In this document: positions 1 to 12,903 of the stretch, piece by piece
Numbering within the stretch: position 1 is the first letter of the stretch
Layout: each line of letters begins with the position of its first letter
Source of the DNA: Callorhinchus milii
Lineage: Eukaryota
NCBI RefSeq assembly: GCF_018977255.1
Contig: NW_024704763.1
Location: 2,294,001 to 2,358,000 of the forward strand
Direction of reading: 5' to 3'
DNA: 64,000 bases
Translations under genes and position numbers: made by a program
Notes under the pieces: generated by a model
Database searches by the model: none
Seen by the model: only the letters and a program-made list of their open reading frames with translations
What the model was told of the DNA's origin: nothing

Positions 1-3000
1 GAGGACATTAGCCAGTTTGCTCTGGCTGTAGCTGACAACAGAATCATACTTCTGGTCCAGATTAATATCGTCAAAGTTAATTTTACCTGAAATTCAGAAG
101 CATAAAACAATCACTTAAATGCTGGCATCCATCAGAGCTGAGGAACTAGAAGGGCTGGTGGCCCTTCCTCTCTGCTATCTCTCACAGTCAATTCAAACAT
201 CCATGAACAATAGCAATAAAAACACAACATAACAATAAACTTGCACATTATCACACTATCAACATGTCTTAAAGCGCTTCATAGGAATTTACTGTAAAAG
301 ATGTAGTGGCTGAACTTCTACACAATCTTTAATTGGCAGAGTGCGAATGTGTAGAAAAGACTTGGAGCCAGTCAGGAAAAGGTCGCAGACATTTTGGGCC
401 GAAAGGCTGTGGATTCTGCATCAATTCAAATTTTGCAGCCTGGGGTGGATAGATGTTTGTTAGGTCAGAGTATCAAGGGGTATGGGGCAAAGGAGGGTAA
501 TTGGAATTGAGGTACAGATCAGCCATGATCTAATAGAATGGCAAACAGGCTCGAGCGGCTGAATGGCCTCCTCCTGTTCCTAAGTTCCTGGAGCCTGAAG
601 ACAAACTTACCTCTTTTATGTGCTAAGCTGGCCACGTTAACTATCCGACTGGGGGCGGACTTCTTCAGCAGGTCCAGCAGAAGGTTGGTCAACAGGAAGT
701 GACCCAGATGGTTAACTCCAAACTGCATCTCAAAGCCATCCTCGGTCTTCCACTTGGGGCACCACATGATACCTAGAGATAGAGAAACGGAACAATATTA
801 CATGGAAGCAAATGCTATTTGGCCTACAAATTGTTATAAAAACACAAGGGTGGAAAACTATCGCAATGAAGGTCAATCGAGTGGTCCATTCATTCAATAT
901 TTAGTGCATCAAATTGACTGGAATGTGCAAGAAACCTTATATTTTATCCTCTTTCCCTCTCCTACCCCTCCCCAGCAGTTGACTTCTTATACCAATACTC
1001 ACCTGCATTGTTGATGAGAACATCCAATTGAGTCTCGGTATCCTGGATTTCTTTAGCAAAAGCACGGACAGACTTCAGTGAGGCCAAATCCAGTTTGCGA
1101 ATCAGGACGTTCCCATTCCCTGTCTCTTCCCGGATCTTGGCTGCTGCCTTTTCAGCCTTTTCCAAATCCCGGCAAGCCAGAATCACACGAGCCCCTGCAA
1201 CCACACAAACAGTTGTGCATGTTTTATAGTGGATATAAAATATATAATAATTTATAAAAGGTCAGTTAAGAACCAAAGACAAAAGCCACCGCGAACCAGA
1301 AACATTACAACAAGCTGGAGATCAAGCCTGAGGCATTAGAATTACACAGAATTACAGAAATTACAAGCAATTACATGAAATAGAACCAAACAAAAATTAT
1401 TAACCTAACAAAAGACAATAGATTATCACTTAACAAGTCAAAAGACACCAAAGTTTCTCCAAATAAAAAAAGAGTCATCGTGTCCAAGATGGGTCTTACC
1501 TCTCCGAGCAATGTCCTTAGCCGTCTCCTTTCCAATCCCAACGTTAGCGCCAGTGACAATCACAGTTTTTCCATCGAGTCTCACTCTGCTCCTGCAAACC
1601 CCACCAGTCATCCAGCGCCGCAGAAGAATGAGCCCGACACCTAAAAGGTCAGCACACAAAACACATCGCCCATTCGCTTTCATTTCAAACAGCCTCATGG
1701 TAAACAGTTGAGACCAGATAAAGATAGCAACTCTGCACAAGAAAAAAGAATCACACTGCAAGTGTAGCTCACAATACAGTCCAGGATACACATAAAGGAT
1801 GGTTGGTGACTGGCAATGTATCACATCAGCACAGTCTAAGCCGGGGGTGGGGGGGGGCAATTATTTTGGCTGGCGGGTTACTTCACAAGTTTTGGTAAGC
1901 TTCGTGGGCCACACACTTAATATAGATGCAAATGCTTAATAATAGCTCAAAATCGTGTCTTACGCTTGCACATGCATAAAATAAAGTCTGTCTAATTGAC
2001 ATTCATTAAAATTAGGTTAAATAAAAACAACTCATTAAGCAGACATTTATTCATATATTGATGAGAATGTGAGAAGCTCACTCAGTGGGAAGAATGAAAG
2101 CGCTGATGTGCGTTAACCAGACAATTTAAGTCAGGCTTCGTCTCCGTTGTTGCAATGCGGAGTACTGCTGCAAGGTGGTCATCAGTCATCGCAGATCTAC
2201 GTTTTGATTTATTGAATTTCATCACAGAAAATGTCTCCTCGCATTTGTATGTTAATCCAAACAGCACAGGTATCCTCCGGGCATGAGCCTTTATGTTTTG
2301 AACAGTATTTTCATTAAGAGAGGCGTAAAAACTGGGAAGCGGCACTGATTTGAATTGCTCCGCAAGCAATGGATCACATTGCAGGTCAATAAGCTCGAGT
2401 TGGAGGTCAAATGGGGCTTTGTCAACATGAAATGAGAAAGGTGAAGAGACCAAAGACAGGTCATTTTCGATCAAATTGAGATTCTGGAATCGGCGAGAAA
2501 ATTCAGCACGTAAGTCAAGTAGTGACAAAGTATACTTTTTAAGGCTTTGATCGCAAACAGTAATCTGCTGCAAAGTTGGAAAGGGGGCGAACTGCCTGTT
2601 TCCTATCTGATGCAATAAAAGAAATAATTTCGTCATGAATAACTTAACACTGCAATACAAATCGTGCACAAAGGTCCCCTTCCGTTGCAGTTTTGAATTC
2701 AGTTCATTCATGCGGCCCATGATATCAACGGCAAAATGAAAAATCAGAGAGCCAATTTGCATCATTCAGCTGTGGGAAATACAAATCTTTTTGTTTCATG
2801 TCCAAAAATAAATCAATCTCTGCTCTCAGTTCCCACACTCTTTTCAAGACCTTTCCTAAACTAAGCCATCTTACATTCGTGTGATACAGAACATCCGTGT
2901 GCTCGGATTCCAATTCCTCAAGCAGAGTTACAAACTGCCTGTGGTTTAATCTTCTTGCTCGAATGTAGTTGACCACGTTCATAACTGTGTCCACGACATT

Positions 3001-6000
3001 GCTTAGTTTTAGAACACTCTTACAGAGGACCTCTTGGTGGATAATGCAGTGTAGAAAAACAATATTCTGTTCTGGATTTGTTTCTTTGACTTGATCTTGA
3101 ATTCTTTTCAGTAACCCAACATTTTTGCCTGTCAGATTTGGGCTTCCATCGGTGGTCACATTCACCAATTTTTTCCACTCCACTCCTAATTTTAAGATAC
3201 ACTTATTTACTGCCTCCAAAAAGTCTTCTCCAGTTGTCGTATCTTCTCATTGACTGCATTGATGCTAATTCTTCTGTGAGCTCAAAATGTTTGGTGATAC
3301 CTCGAATAAAAATTATCAACTGGGCTGCGTCTTTGACATTACAACTCTCATTGGGTGCCAGTGAAAAACATGCAAAATTGCTTAATTTATTTTGTAGCTG
3401 CAGATACAGGTTCTCAGAGATATCTTCGACACACCTCACAATAGTTCGCCTTGACAAGCTAATGTTCTCGAACCGTTTTTTTCTTGTCTGGGCATAAAAT
3501 CGAGGCAGAGTCAACCACACATTGCTTTATAAATTCTCCATCAGAGAATGGTTTGCTGTTCTTGGCGATTTTGTGTGCAATCACTTAACTCCTGTAATCT
3601 GATCCTCGGAGGCAAATTAATAATAATAATAGTAATAATCCTTGCACTTGATATAGCGCTTTTCACGTCTTCTAGACGCCTCAAAGCGCTTCACAGAATA
3701 TGCTGTAAAGTGAATTGACTGTATATTTGTGGGTGAAACGCAGCAGCCAATTGCGCACAGCAGCGTCCCACAAACAGTCGTGGATTGAAAATGGCCAATT
3801 TTATTTTTGTTTTGGAGGGATTATTATTAGGCGTGTGGAGTAAGGAAACTTGCCCAAGGTTTCGTCCTTCCTGGAAAAGAACCCAGATGGCTCGCTTGCA
3901 AGGCGAGTGCTCTAACCACTGAGCTACAGGACTCCACTTTCACAAATTGTTTTGTGAAAATGCTTTGTTCTTTTTGATTTGATCAACCATCTCACCAGCT
4001 TTCTTTCCTTCGGCAGAAACGTTCTTATATTTGCAAGCATGTTTGCTCTCAAAATGGCGATTCAAGCTGTAGTCTTTGAGCACTGCCACACTTTATTTGC
4101 AAATTAAGCGCGCAGCTTTTCCACCCACACTGGTAAAAAAAAAAGTATTTAGGAGTCCATTCTTTGTTGAATATTCGGCCTTCAGCGTCCACTTTCCGCT
4201 TCTTTGGCAAACTCATTTCGAATTAACGTCCTCTTCAGTGAAAAGTATTGCCGCGGTTGCCGCGAGCGTGTTTGAAAATTTGCCGATCCGTACATTTCTG
4301 ACTTCAGCCCTGATTCAACACTTAAGGGAACGTGCGCACAACTAAGCCGTGCGAGTGGCCGATGTTCCCGGTCTGATTGAAATGCTAAATTTGTGGGACT
4401 TTCTGGGACTGAACGAACTATAATATTTTTCCTATTGCTAGACACCATGACGGGCTGGATGCAATCATTTCGCGGGTCGGATAAGGCCCACGGGCCGTAT
4501 TTTGCCCACCCCTGGTCTAAGCTGATCACCAACAACAACATTTATACAGCACCCCTCACACAAGGTAGCATCTCGGAGCGCTCAACAGTGGCGGTGCTTA
4601 ACATCAAGCTGGTGGGTAGTGGGGGGAAAGAGATGACCATAGGCATGGTGGAGGAGGAAGGTCTCAGGTGCAATCTGAAGACAAGGAAGGAGGAGGGATT
4701 GAGGAAGAGAGTTCCATAGTTTCAGGGCATAGGAGCTGAAAGCACGGCTCCCGGTGGTGGTGCAGAGGGGACGAGGAACAGACAGAAGGCCAGAGAAAAG
4801 GTCTCATGGCAATATTCGAAAAGAGAAGGGAGTTTCTCTCTTAGTCAATCATCCTCCAAAATAAATTAATGATACACTTCATTGCGGTGTCTAACTCGCA
4901 CTCGCCTCGCAAGTGAGAGACCTGGGTTTGATTCCTGGCAGGGTGAAGCCTTTTCTTAATTCCATAGGGCCTGATAATAATCCCTCAAGAGAAAAAAATA
5001 ATAAATTGGTCACTTCAATCCACGACTGTTTGTGGGACGCTGCTGTACGCAATTGGCTGCTGTGTTTTGCCCACAAATATACAGTCAATTCGCTTTACAG
5101 TCCATTTTGTTAAGCGAGTCTAGAAGACCTGGAAAGCGCTATATCAAAATGCAAGGATTATTTTTTATGGCTGTACAAGATACAGTTGTTACACAGTAAA
5201 TCTGATATGAAAGCTGCTGTATCGAATTCAAAGATTAATTGATTATATCTTTCTTACAGTCCTACACCTCAACAACAAGAGTAAACTCCAACTCAGAGTA
5301 ACCCTTACAAAACATGACATGTGGCCTTGACTACATGTCCCTACTTGTTATCTGGGATCCTTTGAATCATTAATCTTTTACTTTTTTTTAAAAAAAAAAT
5401 TGTAACCTCGACCTAGTCCCTGATCTTCAGTCAAAGTAGATAACGAAGAGATAGACTTGAAACGTCAGTCGAAAATCAAGGGCATTACACACAATACGCC
5501 TGGTGGCTGTGCAGAATTTTAAAGAAAAGTAGAGCAAAAATCTCCCTTCTGTACCAAGGGTCACAAAGAGTAAAGAGAGTTTAGTCACGGCAGTTGATCC
5601 AGATTGCTGCTACATCTTAAATCCAACACAAAATTGTCCCTTTAGGGAGGTGTAAGGTAGTACATGAGCATTAATAATAATACTTGCATTTGATATAGCG
5701 CCTTATCAAGTCATTGAGACGTCTCAAAGCGCTTCACGGAATATATAGTAAAATGTACCGACTGTGCATTTTGTGGGCTAAACGCCACAGTCAATTGTGC
5801 ACAACACTGTACCACAAATAGCCACGTATTGAGTGACCCAATTTTAAGAAAAAAACATAAAGAAACAAACCAGAAACGCACCCACTCCCCCTCCCCTCAA
5901 CCTTTAAGTGCCAGTCTGAAAAAGGACAAAGACCGAAGGAATGTAAACTTCCAGAGGATTACTTCTGAATCAATTTAGACAAATTCAGAACAGGAGTAGG

Positions 6001-9000
6001 AAGTAGATTTACTAAACTCAAGAAGATTAGCTAATAAAGGATTGTTAATCCTCTGTTAATAGGATTGAGCTGCACGAGTATTGGGGTGAAATGAGACAAC
6101 ATGAGCGCAGTGGATTTGCTGTCTTGCAAGAACTTTGAGAAGTTCAAGGCAAAAAGTACAAGGAAATCGGGGAATGTCAGCAGCCATCACAGAACATAGA
6201 GTCAGTCTCAAGTCACAGAGAGACTGGTTTAGTAAAGGCAGCACATTGGTAATTCCATAATTCAGTTTATAGTTTATCAAGTGCCATCTCTGATAAGCCA
6301 GAGGGAAGGACAGTACACAGAATGCAATGTCCAACCGTATTCATGGAATACTGTTTTTGGGTACGTTATCACAATTCCCACTGCCAGGGCGTCAGGTAAA
6401 TGTCGATACCTCTCTACCCATCTAGATAACACCACAGTATCACGTAGTGCAGATCAGGAACCATTTCCCTGCATTTGGTATATCGCCAGCCATGTCAGGA
6501 AGCAGTCTAAAAGTGCTTCATGGCATTTATTCAAAAATGTAGGCAAACACGCAGCAAACTTACCCACTGCAATGTCCCACAAACATGAAAGCTCACCCAA
6601 TCCTTTTTTTAAAAATAGATAAATGGTGCGTTTGACAGATCACCAAGCAACATTGGAGTACACTGAATGCTGTATAGCAAACAAAATCCAGCCAGGGTTG
6701 TTCAGCAGATTGCAAACAAGTGTGTCTCTTCTGCAGGCAATACCTTGGCTCCATTTCAAACCAATTTGCTGAACTCAACTCTTCCATCGTGCGGACTAGA
6801 AGCCAAGGTAAGCCAGTGTAACTGCTGCCACATGGTGTGTTGCTAATTGCTTGTTAGGACAAAGATATCGCTGTTTACCATCAAAGACAAGAGTCTCCAA
6901 CCCTCATGGGATTAAATTCAGTGCAGTGCTTCAACATAGACAATTGTTCCACCTAAAATCTACCCATACAATCTAAATATATTATATATATTATAATATT
7001 ATATATATGATTATATATATATATATATAAAGCAGTTTAAAGAGCTTTCAATTTTACTTGGGATTCCTCTGACGGAGCCATCTCTAAATCAACATTTTTG
7101 TCGCTCTTAAAGTTGTTCAACCCATTTCTGTAGATTTAAATTTCAACTTCAAAAAGATCTGTCATCAAAAGCCTACACTACAACTGGCCATCAAATGCAA
7201 CTTAATCTTCTGTACATAGTTCAGAGGGAGCAATCTTAGACAGTATCGAGGCTTAAATTCCAGTGTCTTTTTAATCCACAGTTTTATGCTCATACTGTTG
7301 GATATTAAGGCAAATATTGTGATAAATGCCATGAATAAAGGGCATAAAGTCAGAGCCCCCCCATTTCCCATCAAGTCCCCACAATAATAACAAATAATAA
7401 ATAATAAAATAACAATCCTTGTATTTGATGTCGCACCTTCCGTGTCAGGAGGATGAAGTATCAAAGCGCTTCATGGGATTTATTGTAAAAGCGCAGCGAC
7501 TGTGTGTGTTTATGGGCAGACATTGAAATACACAGGGAACGCTTAGGATAATGCAGCAGTCCTGAAGGAACACTTCCACTTTATTGAGAGCATAGATTCA
7601 GCCAAGCTTCAGCACTTACACAAAGGACACTTGTACGGCTGGTGTGGAAAGTGAGTGATCCAATTGAGACGCATCTTTTGCGGTCAGGGCCAAAGCACAT
7701 GGCTCCAAGCAGCGTCTCGTCTCGCAAGAGAGGTTCAGATGAAGAAAGCCCTTTGACCTGACCGGTTAATTATAAGACGTTTCCGAAAACAAAGGAATTT
7801 AAGTAATCTTTTAATTCGGTTTGAAATCAGATTAACCAGAACAGCTGTCACTTCTCCTCCTCCTCATTGTCTGGAACGAAGGCTCAAGCTGCTTGTAAAC
7901 ACCATACCAGTCAGCCGTTCGAACCTAAGCATTTGACGCAAGTTGAACACCTCAAAGCCCTTCCCTGAGAAAATTGAATGCACTGAGCGGGAGCAGAGGA
8001 AGGGGACTATATAGGCATTGAGCAACTTTAATGGTGTTAAAAGCAATTTTAAACCAACATCCTGTAATCAGAAGCTTGCAATTTACAACACCAATTTACA
8101 TTTTATGTGCCTTTCACATAAAAGGAACATCTTGAAGCACTTCACAGAATGTGAACAATTAGACAGGGTCTCACTTGAAAAAGGGACCACGCATGATCTG
8201 GAGATAGTGTTTGACCCTCAACTGTCTTTTCTCCCCCACATCCAAGCCATGACCCGCTCTGCCTTCCTTCAACTCCCTAACATCGCCCGACTCTGCCATT
8301 ACCTCACCCCTCAGGCGCTGAAACTCGTGTTCATACCTTCATCGCCGCCAGGCTCGACTATGCCAACGCCCTGCGTGTCAGCCTTCCCAACTCCTCCCTC
8401 CACAGCTGCAGATAATCCAGAACTCTGCAGCCCGTGTCCTCTCCCGCACCAAACCCCATCGCCTCCACTCTCGCCCGACTCCATTGGCTCCCTATCCTTC
8501 AGAGGATCCAGTTCTAGATCCTGGTCCTCACATACAAAGCCCTCCATGGCCTCGCCCCACCCTACCTGTGCCACGTCCTAACCTCCTACCGATCCACCCG
8601 TTCCCTTCGCTCAGCCGACTCCGGGCTGCTCCACGTCCCCCAACCCACCATTGGCGGGAGAGCCTTCAGCCACTCTGCCCCCAACTTCTGGAATTCCATC
8701 CTCCCATCACTCCACCTCTCCCTCTCCTGAGCCTCCTTCAAGTCCCCCTCAAAACCTTCCTCTTCGACCGTGCCATCGGCCACTTCCCTTCCCCGACCCT
8801 GACTCGGGTCTGAAATGCTGTACACTGTCCAGCGCCTTGGGACGTCCTCCCGACGTGAAAGGCGTTATGCACATGTAATCTTGTTGTTGTAATAATGCAG
8901 CCACTTATCACAAAACGCTTTAAGCACTTCACAAACGATTGCTGTTTAAGTGAAGAAGCAGCGAGAGAATAATAATAAAATAACAATCCTTGCATTTGAT

Positions 9001-9400
9001 GTCGCGCCTTTCATAGCGGGAGGATGAAGCGTCAAAGCAATTCACAGGATTTATTGGCACATCATAAAGCACCTCGCGCAGAGTCATCAAAACACTGCAA
9101 AGCGCTTCATAGGTACTAAAGCGTAGTGACAGTATTTCCAGGCAAGCGCAGCACCCGATTTTGCACACAGCAATATCCCACACACAGCAACAACGAGCGG
9201 TTTGTTTAACACGGGAACTTTAACGTCCACCAGAAAACCCACAACCTTCCGACTCGGAGGCGAGAGCCTCCGTCCACTTACAACATTTCCCATCTTATCC
9301 CACCTCATTTCTGGGGTGTGCCCCTCTCACCTGTAAAAGTCAGCACACAGAGGCCAGTGCAATGCTGCTGCACAAACTCCCTCATTTCAAAGGAAGCCAT
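1..9400 (-). CDS. Retinol dehydrogenase 11/12/13-like short-chain dehydrogenase (5' part; continues past the window start)
   Basis: Exons 9400-9331 ([24 protein letters not shown]), 1640-1500 ([18 protein letters not shown], TGxxxGIG motif), 1194-1003 (ARVILACRD...LINNAG), 772-611 ([20 protein letters not shown]), 86-1 ([10 protein letters not shown], catalytic YxxxK). All introns GT-AG, phase 1. Exact paralogue not resolvable. Confidence 0.9.
445..582 (+). mobile_element. CR1-type LINE 3' end fragment
   Basis: ggtacagatcagccatgatctaatagaatgg...ggctgaatggcctcctcctgttcc is a CR1-like 3' terminus; a near-identical copy lies at about 55590-55735. Confidence 0.65.
2082..4216 (-). pseudogene. Disrupted hAT transposase (GTF2IRD2/EPM2AIP1-like)
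   Basis: Begins [20 protein letters not shown] at 4216. Contains [24 protein letters not shown] and TYKCEETFS motifs across frameshifted ORFs (3203-3520, 2725-3219, 2082-2765), an in-frame stop and a SINE insertion. Confidence 0.88.
3618..3935 (-). mobile_element. tRNA-derived Deu-domain SINE nested in the hAT transposase
   Basis: Minus strand reads a gtagctcagtggttagagcactcg tRNA-like head, a gtttgtgggacgctgctgtgcgcaattggctgc core and a (tta)n tail. Confidence 0.85.
8190..8893 (+). mobile_element. L2-type LINE 3' fragment
   Basis: Degenerate RT C-terminus ([22 protein letters not shown]; RLDYANAL) followed by the gggacgtcctcccgacgtgaaaggcg tail and (ttg)n end. Confidence 0.8.
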
Positions 9401-9519
9401 GGCGGGGAGAAGGGAAGGGTGAGGTCCAGGGGGAATCGCCGAAGGCTCCCGGCTTCTTTGAAGGTCAACTGCAACACAATCATAGAACCAGGGGCGGGCT
9501 CCATTATTTCCCTAAACAT

Positions 9520-9870
9520 TATAATAATAATAATAATAATCCTTGCATTTGATATAGCGCTTTTCACGTCGGGAGGACGTCCCAAAGCGCTTCACAGAAC
9601 ACACTGTAAAGTGAATTGACTGTATATTTGTGGGCGAACGCGGCAGCCAATTGCGCACAGCAACATTGCCACTCCTGCAATTAAAAAAGGGTTTGGCGTT
9701 GGCGTGGGTGGGGGGGGGGGATGGGTGGGGGGGTGGGTGGGAGACCAGCTACGTTACGGCGGCGTCCAGCAAACAGTCGTGGATTGAAGTGACCGACTCT
9801 CGTGGAGTAAGGAAACTTGCCCAGGGTTTCGCCCGCCTGAACCCAGGTCCTCTCGCTTGCGAGGCGTAGC
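9520..9870 (-). mobile_element. Deu-domain SINE
   Basis: (taa)n tail, ccttgcatttgatatagcgcttttcacgtcgggaggacgtccc and a degenerate tRNA head near 9870. Confidence 0.8.
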
Positions 9871-10504
9871 GCTCTGCCCCGCTGGGGCCGCGGGACGCCG
9901 ATGGCCCTGGCGTTCGTTCGTCAGCGCCTCCTCACGTCTTCGACACGACTGGAAAGCCCTTCGCAGAATCGACCGCAAATTGTGACGGCTGCGCACCCGG
10001 GGGGTGGGGGGGGGGGCGCGGCGACGTCCCACGGACAGCCGCGGATTGAAGCGGCCAAATTACTATTAACCTCGTTATCGATTAAGATTATTATCCATAT
10101 TATTAATTACCCACCAGATATTTTTTTTTGAAGGGATTAATTAATTAACCGTTAATCAACTGACGACGACCCGGTTCAGATGACGGGGCGAGTGTGGGCG
10201 GCGGTGGGGGGGGGGGGGGGGTCACGGCAACGCGACGACGCAAGAGGACCCTCAACGGGGTGGGGGTGGGTGGGGGGGGAATGAGCTTTCTCCCCAACGT
10301 TTGCATCGCCGCCTCAAGGAGGTCCTCAAGGAGGGCAGGAACTACGCCGGGACCTGTAGCCCCCACCCCCCACACCCCCCCCCAAGACAAGGAGAAGCTG
10401 AAGGAAGACCGTGTGGATAATGCAGTGGCCACTCACCGGGCGGCTCCGGCTGTCGCCGTGGCTCAGGCGGTAGTTGTGGTGGAGAGTTGCGGCTGTGGTT
10501 CCGG

Positions 10505-10915
10505 TTGTGCTGTGGTTGTGGTGTAGTTGTGTTGTGCTGTAGTTGTGCTGTGGTGTAGTTGTGGTGTAGTTGTGCTGTGGTGTAGTTGTGCTGTAGTTGT
10601 GCTGTGGTGTAGTTGTGCTGTGGTGTAGTTGTGCTGTGGTGTAGTTGTGCTGTAGTTGTGCTGTGGTGTAGTTGTGCTGTAGTTGTGGTGTAGTTGTGTT
10701 GTGCTGTAGTTGTGCTGTGGTGTAGTTGTGGTGTAGTTGTGCTGTGGTGTAGTTGTGGTGTAGTTGTGCTGTGGTGTAGTTGTGCTGTAGTTGTGGTGTA
10801 GTTGTGCTGTGGTGTAGTTGTGCTGTAGTTGTGGTGTAGTTGTGCTGTGGTGTAGTTGTGCTGTAGTTGTGCTGTGGTGGTGTAGTTGTGCTGTAGTTGT
10901 GCTGTAGTTGTGGCT
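10505..10915. repeat. Pentamer-based tandem repeat (gttgt/gctgt/ggtgt/agttgt)
   Basis: Directly visible array of about 410 bp. Confidence 0.95.
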
Positions 10916-10949
10916 GTAACTGAATGAAGGAGAGGCCCCGCTTCAGGGC

Positions 10950-11235
10950 ATTTAAAAAGATCCCGTGACGTCACCCACCCGCCCACCAACTGTCAGTGTT
11001 CCCGGGGCTCTGGGGGGCGGGGCTCGGGGGGCGGGGCTATGGGGGGCGGGGCTCTGGGGGCTCTAGGGGAGGGGCTCAGGGGGCGGGGCTCTGGGGGCGC
11101 GTGGGGGGCGCGGCCACTGGGCGCGTGCGCTTGGGCGACTTTGGGCTACAAAACGCCTCTGAGCCGCCGGTCGCTGCCGCCCGGCTGCACTGCGCGTGCG
11201 CAGAGGCGCCGGAAGTGCCGGGTCGGATTGGTTGC
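10950..11235. promoter_or_regulatory. Bidirectional CpG-island promoter for the RDH-like gene (-) and SNAPC5 (+)
   Basis: Perfect CRE palindrome gtgacgtcac 10965-10974, several ggggcgggg Sp1 boxes 11010-11090, NRF1-like tgcgcgtgcgca 11191-11202, ETS ccggaagtg 11209-11217, inverted CCAAT 11227-11231. Confidence 0.7.
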
Positions 11236-11318
11236 GTCTCTCTTTCTCTCTCTCTCTCTTTCTCTCTCTGTATTTCATGTCACAAAAGAATGGCTCTTTT
11301 ATTGCAATGTAAGTGTGG

Positions 11319-11914
11319 NNNNNNNNNNNNNNNNNNNNNNNNNNNNNNNNNNNNNNNNNNNNNNNNNNNNNNNNNNNNNNNNNNNNNNNNNNNNNNNNNN
11401 NNNNNNNNNNNNNNNNNNNNNNNNNNNNNNNNNNNNNNNNNNNNNNNNNNNNNNNNNNNGAGGAGGTGAAGGAGGAGGAAGAGGAGGAGGTGGTGGTGGT
11501 GAAGAAGAAGGAGGAGGAGAAAGAGGAGGTGAAGAAGGAGGAAGAGGAGGAGGTGGTGAAGAAGGAGGAAGAGGAGGAGGTGGTGGTGGTGGTGAAGAAG
11601 GAGGAGGAGGAAGAGGAGGTGAAGAAGGAGGAAGAGGAGGAGGTGGTGAAGAAGGAGGAAGAGGAGGAGGTGGTGGTGGTGAAGAAGGAGGAGGAGGAAG
11701 AGGAGGTGAAGAAGGAGGAAGAGGAGGAGGTGGTGAAGAAGGAGGAAGAGGAGGAGGTGGTGGTGGTGAAGAAGGAGGAGGAAGAGNNNNNNNNNNNNNN
11801 NNNNNNNNNNNNNNNNNNNNNNNNNNNNNNNNNNNNNNNNNNNNNNNNNNNNNNNNNNNNNNNNNNNNNNNNNNNNNNNNNNNNNNNNNNNNNNNNNNNN
11901 NNNNNNNNNNNNNN
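11319..11914. other. Two assembly gaps (N 11319-11459 and 11787-11914) flanking a GAG/GAA/GGT trinucleotide repeat (11460-11786)
   Basis: N runs and the purine-rich repeat are directly visible. Confidence 0.97.
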
Positions 11915-12903
11915 GGGAAAAAAACTTTTCTCCCTGTTAAAAAGAATAAGCTTAGTTTTTGCAGTGAGGAGGACTCAGGTGAGTCAGGGTCAACGACGGG
12001 GCTTTGTGGGTTTGTATATAATATAATAAGCTTTGCAATTGATATTGCGCCACATCACGATTTCGAGACGTCTCGAAGTGCTTCACAGAATTTACTGTGA
12101 AGGGGAGTGACTGTCCCCTTCGCCCACAAATATATGCAGTCAATTCACTTTACAGTCTATTCTGTGAAGCGCTTTGAGACGTCGAGAAGACGGGACACGG
12201 CGCTGTATCACATGCAAGGATTATTATTATTATTACTACTGTGTATTTGTGGCCATTCCAGCATCAAGCTGTTTCTTCACGCCCTGGCCACAACCATACT
12301 GTTAAGAGATGTACTTCCTGGTGTCTGACCCGAAATTGCCCTTCATTTTGCTGCCTTGACGTACCTGAAAGTATTCTTCTGGATTTACTTCCTCATTCCT
12401 ATTTAGAACCTTGTAGACCCTATTCTAAATAGAAACTTGCCCAAGGTTTTGCGCTGCCGGGAATCAAACCCAGGTCTCTCAAGATTGCCCGCGGCAAATT
12501 GCTGTTTCAGTGAAACGTTGAACACTTTTTTTTTTCTCAATTTACGCCATTCGTAACCTTGCTTTCATTCCGGATAAACTTGTGTTGAAATCTGCTGTAA
12601 CTTTGCTCAGAATTAGATTCAGTTGTCTCTTTCTGTCTTATTTTTTGTCACAGGTTGAATTTTGTTCCCCTCGAAATCTCCAAAGATGAAAGGAAGATTT
12701 CCCAAAGTGCAGTTCAGCCCTGCAACCTCCTTGCCGTCAAACACTGCTGGTAAGAAACCCCAGAATTGACCATACTCTGTGGAAGCTTTCACTAAAAACT
12801 TTTGCCTCCTCTTCACGCCACCTTAAGTACTGTAATTGCAACAAGCTTTTTGTAAATTGTGTAATCCTTCTGCAGGTAAACATTAACCCCTGAACGGAGC
12901 AGA

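Larger units (their letters stand above)
1842..4514 (-). mobile_element. Full-length degenerate hAT DNA transposon (SPIN/Charlie-like)
   Basis: Perfect 8-bp TSD gtctaagc at 1834-1841 and 4515-4522. Termini cgggggtggg(g)n-caa and ttgcccacccctg form imperfect TIRs. Internal transposase fragments. Confidence 0.9.

Noticed and set aside
6736-6807. Plus-strand exon-like segment (ttctgcag...aag/gtaagc) antisense in the RDH-like intron
   Set aside because: No partner exons and no recognisable peptide.
8018-8878. Overlapping 75-187 aa ORFs as host genes
   Set aside because: Frameshifted remnants of an L2 LINE 3' end.
11039-12100. Gly-rich and Glu/Lys/Val-rich ORFs
   Set aside because: They read through N gaps and a trinucleotide repeat.
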